The notes below the pieces were generated by a model. That model saw only the letters and a list, made by a program, of their open reading frames with translations. It was not told where the DNA came from and did not search any database. This document shows, piece after piece, positions 49,130-62,049 of a stretch of 64,000 nucleotides of DNA; within the stretch, counting starts at the first letter, position 1, and every line of letters begins with the position of its first letter. The DNA comes from Dipteris shenzhenensis. Lineage: Eukaryota. The stretch lies in the NCBI GenBank assembly GCA_047967505.1, contig CM106538.1; one strand, 5' to 3'. The translations under genes were made by a program, and so were the position numbers.

Positions 49130-49560
49130 AACCATTTTTTGTTGCCCAATCAGTATTTTTTAGGCCCCCAATGCCAAGGACCCAAAATGGTGACAAAAGC
49201 CCGAACATCATCATTAATGCCCAAAAATGGTAGTGGGCATGTTCCAAACATGCCAACACCAGTCTAGGGGTTCCCACAACCATTTTTTAGCACCCACTAC
49301 ATTTTTGGGCCCCCAAAAAGATTTATTTTATAGTTTTTTTGGGGCCTAAAAATGGTAGTGGAGGCCCTAAAATGGTACCCCCCCAATGTTGGCGTTGGGG
49401 GGCTTACAGTCATTTTGGGACCTTTGTTGCCATTTGTAGGCCCAAAGGGGTAAAAAATAAGTTAAACCATGTTTCGTTTGGGCCCTTTATTATTAGAATT
49501 TTTTTCCTTTTGGGCCCAAAAATGGTAGTCAAGGCCTCTACTAGCATTTTTCTCCCTTCT
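49130..49560. repeat. Cluster of GGGCCC / AAAATGGTAG motifs in both orientations
   Basis: Repeated TTT(G/A)GGCCC(C)AA and CCAAAAATGGTAGT-like units; no termini or TSD identified. Confidence 0.45.
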
Positions 49561-52500
49561 TCATTTGGACCTCTATAATTCAATTGGGACCATAGTGCTG
49601 TGAATTGGCCAACTTTTAAAAGCCTATAGCTCAAGTAAATTGTTTGATCCAATGCTCCAAAGCAATTTAGCCCATCATCGATTACATTTGTACCTCTACC
49701 TTATGACCAATCTTCTAATGATGATGATATTAACAAGTGGACATAGTCACTAGTGTGCACAAGTATTGGTGATGGTGATGGTGTACTTGATGACACGCCC
49801 TCAATCTATCTCATAGATGAGGAACAAGGCAACATTATTATTTATTTTACAACATAGGCTCATAGTCATAATTCAGTTGCTAACAAGATAGATGAGGCAT
49901 GCATGGAGCTTCTTTAAGGTGTCACATTCACTTATCATTGATTTGCCATTAAATGTTCTTTGTAAATGGAAAAACATTATGAAAAATACATTGTTATACA
50001 TGAGTGTCTTCACACAAATTATTCTTGTTAGCTGTCTAGGACCTAACAATTTAGAAGTGTTATATCAATGGTAAAATGTAGAAGAAAAGCAATTATAGGG
50101 AAGCATACGAGACCTTTCAGTGCATCAAAGCCCTCATGGATTATCTTTCGATAAGAAACAATGTCTAAAAAATTAATCTAAAAAGGCCTAAAAGGTAGTC
50201 TATTAATGTCTAAGAAGGTAATTTAATCCAAACTCGCTAATAATGTTTTCCTATATTTCATGTACACATGTTGAAATTCATATTATTTGCACACTTCAGA
50301 GAATCTGTGTTGTTGTTAAGAGATTGAAGTGGTTGCTGAATTTCTCCTCTTACAACTACTGCTTGCTTGGACTAGCTATTTGTGCTTCTATTATTTTCTT
50401 CGTCCCATGAGCTTCTGCAACCAAAAAAGAGATCTATTAGCATACTAGTAGCATAGAGCAAATAGTACCCTTTTGAAGAAAAATGAACCGACTTGTGTTA
50501 CTAAGACTGGGGGCACCCCCGTAAAAGGTCTTGACAAAAAGGTTGAGAAAATTGCTCACACTACCCGAGGAAAAGTGCCTTCCAAGCTTTTTCCCAAGGG
50601 CAAAGATGGTAGCCCATCTTTTGGGAAGCCCAGCTTTCTCTTACTGGGCTTTTCAGAAACCTCAAATTTTGTCTCAGGAAAGGGCACCCAAGGCCCTTTT
50701 ACAACCGTCGAGGGCAAGGGTGGTAATTTTAACTTTACAATGGGGTAAATATTGTTTCTACTCGTGGCGAGAGTTAATTTTGATGGGCAAGGAATGCACG
50801 TGTCATGTAGGATTCATCATCACCACATCTCTCACATGCCACATCACCCACACGTTGCCCGATGCTTGTAGTTCTCAATGGTACATCGTTGTTGTATTAC
50901 CGCTTATAATCTTTTGCATTACATCAAATTTGGGAATGGATGATGACCCCCTAATCAAGGAGTGCTTCGTTGGATGTAGTGTTGTGGTAGTATAACTTAT
51001 AATCTTTTGCATTGCATTGGAATCAGGAATGGATGACCACACTTGGAGATGCTCTATCCAAGGTGTGAGAACCTGATTACTTGCACCACATGTCCAGAGA
51101 AATTTTTAATATGTTTGTGGTATCTAGAATGTTTGCGGAACATGTGAGTGGTAGATTGCTGAGCTGAAAATTCTGGCTCGTGGGTGGCCTACTATGCGGA
51201 TGGTTTGGGTTCCATCTAGTCCAAGGAGTGGAATGGAGATGGTGCATGAAGAAGAATGCATGCAGAGTAGAGAAAGGTGGATGATTCTTTGGTGGTGAGT
51301 TATTTTATGGAAAAGTGGTCATGGGAACTGATGGAGTGCAAAGAGGTGGTGGACATGTAGAGCGATTGGGAGGTGGAGTAATCTGAGAGAATTTAAGGGC
51401 CATGAAAGTTGGTTGCAGATTTTGGCAGAGTTTCAGTACAATGACAAGTGAGATCTTGCAGAATGAGGCTGGCTATTTATATAGGGGGCTTGGTAAAGCA
51501 TCAAGTCAACTTGAGCATTAGCGCAATGATTGGCATTATTGAAGTAGCGAGTGGCGTTAGTAGTAGAATAAGCAATCACTTAGCATCAATAAAGCAGTGG
51601 GTCAGCATTATCATAGCAATAGCTAGCATTAGTTGGATAGTGTGTCACTGTGTTAGAAGTGGGGTCGTTAGCATTAAAGCAATGGGTGGCATTAATATAG
51701 TAGCAAGATTGGCATTAATTTTAGTGCATCGAGACATGAGCTGTTGCATTAGTCGTATGGTAGTGAGACTGAGTCGTTATCAATTAGTCACTGCATTATC
51801 CTTATAGCAATGACTCAATTTTGTGGGCCCTATTGAGGAATCCGACTGACTGATTGATTGCCCTATATTTCACCTGTGTGTGTGTGTGTGCAAGTGCATG
51901 TAAAGTGGTGTGGATGATGTGGCAGTGAGAATTGAAAGTATTACAATGTGACTCTAGCTACGTGTTGGGGAGTGAGTGACTTGGTGATTGGAGTGCAGGT
52001 GAACATGTGGAGCCTACTCACCTACTAGATATGACTGAAGCCTTACGGTGTGGAGGACTTGTCAATCAATGGGGAGGACTCATTTTTATCAAAAAATCAT
52101 ATGGCTTGGACCATGCCCTATTCTCATCTACGATGTCAACTTCCTACTCTTACCTAGACCTAGTGCATGGATGATGGACTAAAAACCTTAATACTCAGAG
52201 TACCTAGCATCTCTCTAGGTAGTGCACTTGCTCTGTGCACTTGTGAAGAGTGTCCTTGAAGCATGCATTAATGGTGTCGTGAGTTCATTGGCATCAAATT
52301 TCTTCAATCAAAGATCCTCTTTAGTCGAGGAACGTACATCAACTCTAACTAATGATGGCCACACCTTGGTTGTCACAATCGATGGGGTGGCTCCCATTCC
52401 AGCATTCCCTACAGTATAGAAAGCTGACAAACAACATATGATCCCAACAGTCCAAACAACAACTTTCTCATCTACTCTAGCCATCAATTCATACCTAATT

Positions 52501-53049
52501 GTAGCTATAGCAATGAAGATAAATGAACCTATCGCAATGGCATCGAGCACGCATAAAGGCAAGAACTTCTACTAGCTCCCTAAAGATATAGTCTCAACTT
52601 CTACCTCTATGACTATGCCCAAACAAAGTAAGAATGCAGTTCCACCTCTCCTTACCAATTCTACATCCATGAAGGTCAAAGTTGCACGATGAAAGCCGGA
52701 AAAAATACTATGAAAGTGCCACTACAGGGTACCCAAGTGCCACTACACGTGGGTACCCAAGCAGTTATTGGAGGCTCAAGGATTTTACTAGGGCCACAAC
52801 CTCACATGGGTGCCTAAGGCACACAAGCCTCCTATTGGTGCGACTTAACCCCCTACATTTTCTACGGAAAAGGCCACAGTAGGACTTGTCTCTAAAAATG
52901 AGGTAGAAACACAAGAACCTACTATTGGTACCTCACAAGCAAATAGAGCCAAAATACAACCTCTGGAAACTCCTTGTACCCTTGTGTGATCATGGTACAA
53001 GAATCAGCTAAATGAGTAGAGGCCACCTTCAATCTCGTTTCATCAAGCA

Positions 53050-55096
53050 TTTCAAGCTTGATTAATCTTTTAGGGATTGCCTCATCGGATATCCCCAACC
53101 ATGACTATGAAATAAAATCCATTGGCATAATTGCTGCTATGATAAAGGGTGTGTAGTTCATAGCAAGACCTTGTAAGCTGTTTGATATGCCCATAATCCT
53201 ATGGTGAGTTTGTGCTCCCAATCATTACAAATGGCCTTGATCGTGCAGATCATAATGCGGCACAAAACTTATTTGAGCTTTTGGCCTAACGATTTGCTTG
53301 GGGGTAATAAGGGGTGGATTTCCAATGCACAATGAGGAACTCACTGATCAATATACGAATCGTATCATTTATGAAGTGCGTTCCTTGATCACTCACAATT
53401 TCAAGTGGAAGGCCGAAGAGAGATATTACATTCTCGTATAGGAACTTAGTTGTTGCTCTCACATCCGCTTTCCTTGTGGCTCTAACCTTTGCTCACCAGG
53501 TGAAATAGCCTATGGCCACTATAATGTAATGGGCCTTAGTCCCTTTTGTGGTGGCTGGGCTAATTAAACGTATAAAATCTATCCCCCCACTTCTCAAAAG
53601 GCTGGTCCATGAGAACTTTGATCAAAGGCATATAGTCCTGACTGTGAAGTATGGAGACTCATTGACAAGGATCACAAAGCTTAATGAATTGGCTGCATTT
53701 GTGAAGAGCGTTGGCCACCATAATCTAGCTTGTAATACTTTACGAGCAGTAAGCTCTCCCATGAAGTGAACACTAGCAATTCTTGAGTGAGCTTTCTCCA
53801 AAACTTCCACACATTCATCTTCTCAGCCATAGTGACACATAATTCCATCCTTCCCCATCTAATAAAGCTATCTGGCTAGTAATTGATATGGGGTTGAATC
53901 CTTGATCTGTTTTCTAGCCCTATCCTTGTTGGCTATCTTTCCTTGAGGCAATCCATTAGCTAAGAAGTGTCTGATCTCCTATGTCTACTCTAGAATCAAG
54001 TAAAGAAGAAATAACGGGTCATCTAGAAGATCATCTTCCACTCCTATCACGACGGGACATATGATTGGCCATGAAGTTTGTACATCCCTTCTTGACAACC
54101 ATTGTGAAATTGAATTCTAAGAGGATGAGCATTCACCATGTGATGTGACCAATCATGCATGGTTTATTGACTAGATAAAGGAGATCTTGGTGATCCACAA
54201 AGAAGACAAACCTATTTGCTAACAAGTAATGCCTAAACTTTTTGATTGCATACCTCATTCGTGTTTGGTTGTGGTATAATTCATTTTGGCATTGTTTAGT
54301 TGGCGAGTGGCAAAGAATATTGGATAGTCTAAGTTAAAACTCACATGGCTCTGCCAATACGCACCCTATCACTCTTTTTGAAGCATCAATATGGACATGG
54401 AAGATTAAGTGCCAATCGGGTTCTTGCACAGTCCAGGGCTGATGCCAGAACTAGCTTAAGGGTCTCATAGGATAGTTGATATTCTTCTGTCTAATGGAAT
54501 ATGATCAGCAATTTGTACAAGGGGTAGGCAATCTCAGCATAATTGTAAATAAACCTATGATAATAGCTCATATGTCCTATGAATAATTGTATAGCCTTTG
54601 CATTAGTGAGGGGGTTAATTCCAGGATAAGTTTGATCTTGTTATAGTCCATGGAAATTCATTTTTTGGACACTATGTGCCCAAGTATAACCTCGTTTTTC
54701 ACCCAAATCTGGCACTTCAGGGTGTTGAGGGAGATTTGGTAGAGTTGACATCTCTCGAATATGAGTCTCTAATACTTGAGATGATCATCCCATTTAGAAT
54801 GAATGCACAGGTCATCTAGAAAAACCTCTAGAAACTATCTTAGGTATACTTCGAAGGCCGTGATCATCAACATTTGGAATGTCATGAGAGCATTAGTTAG
54901 TGTGAAGATCATTAATTTTGAGGCATAGATTGCGCTTTTCATGGCAAATACAATTTTATGATGATCTTGTGGTGCTATAGATACTTGATTTATCTTGAGA
55001 ACCCAACTTAGAAGCTGTAATCTTCTTTGCTTGTGACTCTTTCCAAGATGTGCTCTGTGAATGGCAATGGATAATGATCTTTACAAGTCACAGCAT
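53050..55096 (-). mobile_element. pol: Ty3/gypsy pol remnant (RT, RNase H, integrase), non-chromovirus-like
   Basis: Minus-strand motifs in gypsy order: KDHYPLPF (~55070), VFLDDLC (~54815), HVHIDASK (~54390), FFVDHQDL (~54190), ARKVLQARLWWPTLF, FGLPLEIVSDQGTHFIND (~53380). Confidence 0.85.
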
Positions 55097-56743
55097 TAGC
55101 TCAACACAATGAAGACATCAAAAGAAGAATGATATGTTTGTAGCTCTATACAAGTCTAAGAACACTTCCAAGATTCTCACACTAAGAAACCAAATCAACT
55201 AGAGTTTCAGCCATCGCAGTGAAATTGGTTATGCTTACATACTCAAGATCAAAGATTACAACAATCCACTCGCACCATAAGGAGAGACCATGAATCTAAC
55301 AAAAATGGTTCAAGTCATCTTGAATGGGCTACTAGAGGGATACAAGAATTTAGTCCAATGTATTTCCATTCAACAAAAAATTTCGACATTGGAATAACTA
55401 TAGTCAGTTTTACTTGGTGAATAATTCAAGATGCAAGCCATTCACACACACAAAGGTCATTCCAATGATCAAGCACTCACAACTTTAGATAGAAGTAGAG
55501 GCAGAGGCAGAGGGATCAGAGGTAGCAACAAAGTCAAAATCAAAGTCAGAATCAGCATCAGCATCTTCCTCAACAAAATCAGCATCAACAAAGAGGAAAT
55601 CATTCCAATTGATAAAGATTCCAAGGACGAGGGAATGCATCCACCAATGTGTCAAACATTCAATGCAACTATTGTCATAAGTTTGGACACTATGAAAGAG
55701 ATTATTGCAAGAAGTAGTATGACCAAGTTGATCAATCCCGGTAGCAATCCAGGGAATGTTTGAGTAAGAGGAAACCATCGTGTTGGACATTCAAGTAATA
55801 ATCATTATGCCAATGAATCGAGAATATTTTCCTCGCAAGTGGGGATATTCAAAAGATTGAAATAGTCTAACTCGACATAGATTGCAATTCAAAATGGGAC
55901 TGCAGTTATCAAGTTGATCAACCAGATCAGGATTCTTGGTACATCAATAGCGATGCATCATCTCATATGACAAAATATCAGGAATGGTTCACAAAGATGA
56001 AACCATTAGGACATAAGAATGTCATCTACACGGTAGATAATACACTGAATCCAGTTCAAGGGGAAGGAATTGTCCCTATGAACAATTTCATTGGTACAAA
56101 AGGATTGGTGAAAGATGTACTCTATGTTCCAAAGCTTAGCAAGAAACTCTTGTGAGTAGGTCAAATGACGAAACACAAATACCGAGTCATCTTTGACAGA
56201 TATGAATTCACTATCAAAGAAAAATCTAGAGTATATCAGCTACTAGGAAAAGTTGTCAAGGAAGGATGCTTGTTCGAAAGAATAGCTTCAGAACCAAATT
56301 TGCATACCATATCAGCTCAACCACAACAAATGCCACTTTTTGCAAAATGGCACAAAAGATATGGACATGTCAATTTTAAAATCTTGATAGAGCTCAAAAA
56401 TCAAAACAATTGAAATTCCTAAGCTATAGTTTCTTGGAAAAGTTTGTGAAGCATGCTGCTTTGGTAAACAAAAGTGGGACAAAAGCAAACCAATTTCGAT
56501 AGAAGCAACTCTTGAGCATGAGGTATTCTTGATTTGATACACATAGATGTATGGGGTTATGCCCAGACCCACAACATCAATGGTTCACTTTACTACTTGA
56601 CTTTCATCGACGACTATAGCAGATATTATTGGGTCTACTTTCTGAAAGAGAAATTTGAAGTCTTTTCTAGATTTCAAGAATTCAAAGCCATGGTAGAAAA
56701 CCAAACAAGTAGAAAGATCAAAGTCATGAGATCAGATAGAGGA

Positions 56744-56987
56744 AAGACTGGTTTAGTAATTTTGGGACAATTCCTTGATTTTTGAATGAATTTGATCATC
56801 TCTCTCCCCCTCTCTTTATCCTCTTTATTGAAAAGTATATGCTAGTGCTCGAAGTTAAGTTCGAGCATGGAACACTTGAAAATTATAGGCCATGCTCGAA
56901 CTCAAGTTTGAGCATGGCATGAAAGTAATGGTTAATTTTCTATAGCATTGGGACTTGGAATTGTCCCAAAATTACTAGAACATTCTT
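56744..56987. mobile_element. MITE family 2 (244 bp, ~31-bp imperfect TIR, 4-bp TSD)
   Basis: AAGACTGGTTTAGTAATTTTGGGACAATTCC ... GGAATTGTCCCAAAATTACTAGAACATTCTT. TSD AGGA at 56740-56743 and 56988-56991. Excision restores integrase RSDRGGDY. Confidence 0.88.
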
Positions 56988-57112
56988 AGGAGGTGACTAC
57001 ATGTCTTCAGCATCATGAACTTTTGCAGAAGTCACGGCATTCAAACACAATTCACTTGCCCAAATACTCCTCAGCAGAATGCAAGAGTTGAAAGGACGAA
57101 TGGTACTTTAGT

Positions 57113-57359
57113 CTCGGGGGGGTCACTCATCATATGTAACCCTATCACGTGAGTTCAACAGAAGGATTTTTTTAATTTCTAAAATTTACAGAAATAAATA
57201 TACATAAGGGACTATTTAAAATATTTTTGGAAAAAATTTACAGATTTGTATAGAAAAGGGGTACATTTTATTAATGAAATTTTTTACAGATAAGGGACTT
57301 TAAATATAGGCCTTGAACGCACGTGATATAGATGGTTTATACATACTAACCCCCCCGAG
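57113..57359. mobile_element. MITE family 1, copy b (247 bp), inverted relative to copy a
   Basis: CTCGGGGGGGTCACT...AACCCCCCCGAG. TSD ACTTTAGT at 57105-57112 and 57360-57367. Excision restores integrase ERTNGTLVESA. Confidence 0.92.
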
Positions 57360-60300
57360 ACTTTAGTAGAAAGTGCTAGTGCAATGCTCAGTGAGAAGCA
57401 TCTTTCAAATTAGTATTGGGTAGGAACAATAGCCATTGCAAACTACTTGCTTAATCTACTTTCAATCAAACCAATTCAAGGTATGACACCTTATGAAGCA
57501 TTCACTGGACACAAGTCACACATTGGACATCTTTGCATCTTCAGTTGCATAGCATATGCCCACTTACATGACAACCATTGCAGAAAATTGGATGTGAAGT
57601 CACGTAAATGCATCATGGTTGGCTAACAGTGAAGCATATAAGTTGTATGCTCCCATCAATTGAAAGGTCATTATCTCTAGAGATGTAATCTTTGATGAGG
57701 AATCAAAATGGAAAACCTCAAATACACACGAGATAGACACACCGATTACTCAATCATCTATAGAAAAGGTTGATAAAGAAGAGAAAGGATTGCCAAATTA
57801 CCCCAAGAAGATCCATAGCAACTTAGATGATCTTCTAGGGAAAGAAGACCACCAACCAGATTGGCATATGCTTAGAAAGGCAAAGTAATTCTAGTTGAAA
57901 CTGCTAATTATGCTCTTATGACTACCATCATGGGTACAAAAGGGTCATTGTACTTGGAAGACATAGTTGACAATCCAAAATGGCAAACTACAATGAATGA
58001 AGAAATGGAAGCTTTGTACAAGAATAATACTTGGGAATTATGTGACCTTCCACTAGGAAAGAAGGCCATAACAAACAAATGGATATACAAAGTGAAGTAC
58101 AATTTAGATGGAAGCACTGAAAGATACAAAGCCAAACTAGTTGCAAAAGGATTTGCATAGCAATATGGTTAGGATTATGATGAGACTTATGCTCTAGTAG
58201 GCGAATATCTAGATTCCATATGATTCTTGATATCTCTAGTGACACTCAACAGATGGAATGTATACCAACTCGATGTCAAGGATGCATTTCTCAATGGTTA
58301 CCTAGACGAGGAAGTCTAATGCAACAACCAACAGCTTATGTTGAACTAGAAAAACAAAATCAAGTTTGTCATCTCAAGAAAATTCTCTATGTATGACTTA
58401 AAGCAAGAACCAAAAGTTGGTATAACAGATTCAACAAGTATTTCGCTAATCTAGGATACATGAAATCCAATGCAAATCATACTCTCTACTACAAAGTTCA
58501 AGAGGAAGACATTACTATTGCACTTTTGTACATAGATCATTTGATTATGACTGGAAGCAAGGATAACAAGGCTTATCTGCAGAGTTCGACATGAAAGATC
58601 TTGGACTTATGCACTATTGTATTGGTATTGAGCTTTGGAGAGATTTAGACAACACCTTCATGAGTTAGCTCAAATATGTTGACAGTCTCTTGAAGAAGTT
58701 TCATATGGTAGATTGCAAGATTGCAGCCACTCACATGGAAAAAAGTTTGAAACTTACAAAAGATTCAAAAAATCCTACTGTCAATGATAGGTACTATCGA
58801 TAGCTCATCGGATCTCTTATATATCCAACTATCACACAACCAGATACCTATTATGCAGTAAGTTCACTTGCATAGTCTATGGCAAATCCAAAACAGTCTC
58901 ATTGGAATGCAGCCAAAAGAGTCTTGCGATACATTAGAGGAACAAGATAGTTTGCAATAGAATACAGAGGAAGTCATCCAAGGTTGCATGGATACTATGA
59001 CAGCGACTATGCCGGAGATTATGAGACTAGGAGATCCACATAGGGATATGCATTTTTCCTTGGTCTAGGTCCGATATCATGGTTTTTAAATAAACATCCA
59101 AATGTTTTTTTGTCTTCAAACTGAAGCAAAATATAGAGCACTCTCTACAGGTGCATGTGAGGCTATATGGGTCAAAAGACTATTGTCTCAAAAACAGATT
59201 ACTTTGATGAATCAAATCCAACAACAATATACTGTGATAATCAATCGGCTCCAACATTGGCCAAGAATTCACTATATCACTCTAGGACAAAACACATTGA
59301 TGTCAGAGGGCACTTTATCAGACAAAGAGTGTTACTTAGTGACATCACACTCCAGCATTGTGATAGCAAAGAAAATGTTGCAAACATATTTACCAAGCCA
59401 CTCGGTAAAGAGCTTTTTGAAAAGCACCGACAAGCTCTTGGTTTGACATAGAGGAAGGGCATTCCCATCAAAGGGGTGTGATGGAATCTAATGCTCAGTC
59501 CTTCTTCAATTCCCTATAGTCATCATCTTGAGGGAAGGCCTACTTCATGATGTTGATCTTGAGGGAAGGTGTTGAGAAACCATGCTCAAGATCATGTGAT
59601 CATATGTACATAGCACTAATCAAATAGAGTGCTATAAAGGAAAGGGTTAGATGCCCTAACCCTAGCCCTAAAAGGGTTTGTATATATTCTACAATTTCAA
59701 CTAAATCTAGTGTACAGTTAGTCATTTGTGGTGTGCTCTCTAGCTGTTCCCTCTCTCCTCATCTCCACTCTTCACCTCTCCCCTCTTCATATTTTGTCAG
59801 ATGGCAATAAGGACCTACTTGGATATGTCAAAACTCAATCTGCTACTATTGTGGAAAGGTTTAAAGGCCTGTACCAACAAGACATGGGAATGAAATTGCA
59901 ACAAATAGCAAAAAGCTCTACATTGAAGGAGCAGCTACAGAAAGAAACTAAATAATGCACGAAGAAAAAGGGGAAAGTTAGAACAAAAGCCACACCCTTA
60001 GGAGATATACTCAAAAATAGAAAAATCTCCAACCTTGTAGATTTGAAAGCTAACAAACGAAGGATGCAAGTGTAGAGTTCAGGAAACAAGGTAAGTCTTC
60101 TTTTTCTTTTGCGATTTGGAATGCCCAAAAAAGCATATTATGTACAACCATCTTCCATATTTTGGATGCCCTACAATTTGGTCCACTCAGGGGATGGAGA
60201 AGTCTCATTACACATCACAAAATGCATCTTTTTGAAATACACAACATTTTGGAGGAGCACAAAAGGCAAATAGCCTCCAAGAAGTTTTCTAGTGGTTCTA

Positions 60301-60849
60301 TAATGTATGCTATAAAGGTCACAATGAAAGAAAAAAGTGGTGATGTCACAAGTCAAACTAGCATTCAAGATGGCCCAAAAAGAAAGGAGAAGGCAAATAT
60401 TGGGTCGATGGAACTTTGTAACAAAATGTACAATGTACAACTTAGTAGAGCAAACCAATGATGACTATATTATGTAAATTTTGCAAATTCACTACATGTA
60501 CACTTAAGTTCCTAGAGTAAATCAGTGGCTATATGATGCAATGGTATGAAATTCAATAAAACTATTGTCTTTTATACAATATTATTCAAAATCAGTTGCT
60601 ACACATGTTAGAGTTTGAAAGCTTACTAACAATACAATGTACAATCTCTATAGTCAAAACAATGACTATATGTTTGGTTGAGTTCTACACTATACTTAAC
60701 AAATTTTTCTCTACACTATACTTAACTAATTTTTCTCTAGCTAAGAGTGAAGTCCCTCTTTTCAACTTTAATTGGTGAAATCTTTTGAAACCTCATCAAC
60801 GAGACTATGTTGCTTCTCTACCTTTTCATCTTCCACCTACTGCGTCTCT

Positions 60850-61965
60850 TGTTGATGAATTTGATTATCTTCTTCAGATTGAATGGCTTCATGTGCTAAA
60901 GCTAGCTCTCTAAACCTGAGAAGATGGTGTTTTCCATGAACGTCTAGCTTGAGAGGGCTCATAATGCCACTTGCAAGGCCATAGCTAGTGTAAGAAAGAT
61001 AATATCCTACCCTAGAGCAGATCTTGCCAGGCTCTTGCTAGGATAGTAACCAAAAATATTGTAGGCATAGATTTTTTCGACAGGGTACAGGTGATGATCT
61101 TGCAATACATTTTATTGGAGCTCTCAACCGAGCCATTTTCCCTAGGGTAGTATGGCATTGACTTCCTATGTATGATCATAAAATCACTAGTCAGGATTGC
61201 TATTGTTTCATTGAGGAAATGAGTTCCTTGGTTGTCGCTGACTAACTCCAAGGGACATCCAAACTGCATGATGACTTGTTCGTATAAGAATCTGGCGGTG
61301 CCTTCACCGTGGCTCTCCCTTCTACCCACTTGGAGAAGTAATCAGTGGCCAGGATGATGTATTTGGCCTCAGTTCCCTTAGCTACTAGGCTTATGGGTCT
61401 GATAAAATCGATGCCCCATTTCTCAAAGGGTTGATCAGTCAGGATTCCAGTCAAGGGCATCATGTCTGCCTTGTGTGGGATTTGGATATTCTGGTAGGGG
61501 TCGCATCGTTTGATGAATTTGGCTGCATCTCTGAAGAGAGTCTGCCACCAAAGACTAGCTTGCAACACTGCTGTAACATCAGTGGCAGCAAAATGACCTC
61601 CTACAATTCTTGAGTGGGCTCCAAGCACCTTAATGTATTCGTGTTTGCACACACATCTTTGCAGGATGCCATCCTTGCCCTTGCGGTATAGTTGGCCAGT
61701 TATTAGTTGATATGGCACTACATCCTTAATGAACTTGCGGGCTCTATCCTTCTTAAGGGTCCAAGGGTAGTCCGTTTGCCAGGTAGTTGCTGATCTCAGT
61801 GGCCCATTTAGGGATGATGTCAAGGAAGAAGAGAGAAGCATTTGGGAGATCTTCTACTCCCATTGGGGCTTCACCATACATGGGTTTTCCCTTTACATAT
61901 GACTATGAAGTTGAACTCCCAAAAGATTAGCATCCATTTGGTGATGCATCCAGTCATGCAAAACT
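60850..61965 (-). mobile_element. pol: Second Ty3/gypsy remnant (RNase H end and integrase)
   Basis: ORFs 61242-61841 and 61012-61329: GGHFA, LWWQTLFRDA, PFEKWGIDFI, YIILATDYFSKWVE, FGCPLELVSD, YYPRENGSVESSNK. Homologous to 53050-54150. Confidence 0.85.
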
Positions 61966-62049
61966 TGTAAGTCCTACTCCTTCAGTTCCACCGTCGCTAG
62001 TCCACAACAATGAAGCTACACAAGAGGGCAGACCAAAAGCCCCATCCAC

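Larger units (their letters stand above)
55097..59799 (+). mobile_element. 3' part of copia family D (gag C-part, PR, INT, RT, RH, 3' LTR), heavily degenerate
   Basis: CNYCHKFGH knuckle (~55665), WYINSDASSHMT, IHIDVWG, KWIYKVK...ERYKAKLVAKG, SRTKHIDVR...NIFTKPL. PPT GAGGGAAGG, then LTR 59570-59799 (TG...CA). Confidence 0.88.

Noticed and set aside
49850-50250. Possible hAT transposase dimerisation-domain remnant (RPFSA...KKQCL)
   Set aside because: Only a few residues across frameshifts; too weak to call without a profile search.
51000-52200. Loose inverted similarity to 62940-63840 suggesting a large gypsy LTR or UTR
   Set aside because: Similarity is patchy by eye, and no TG...CA termini, PBS or TSD could be fixed.
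59800-60500. Lys-rich short ORFs with a possible GTAAG donor at ~60091
   Set aside because: There are in-frame stops and no recognisable domain, so a gene model cannot be supported.
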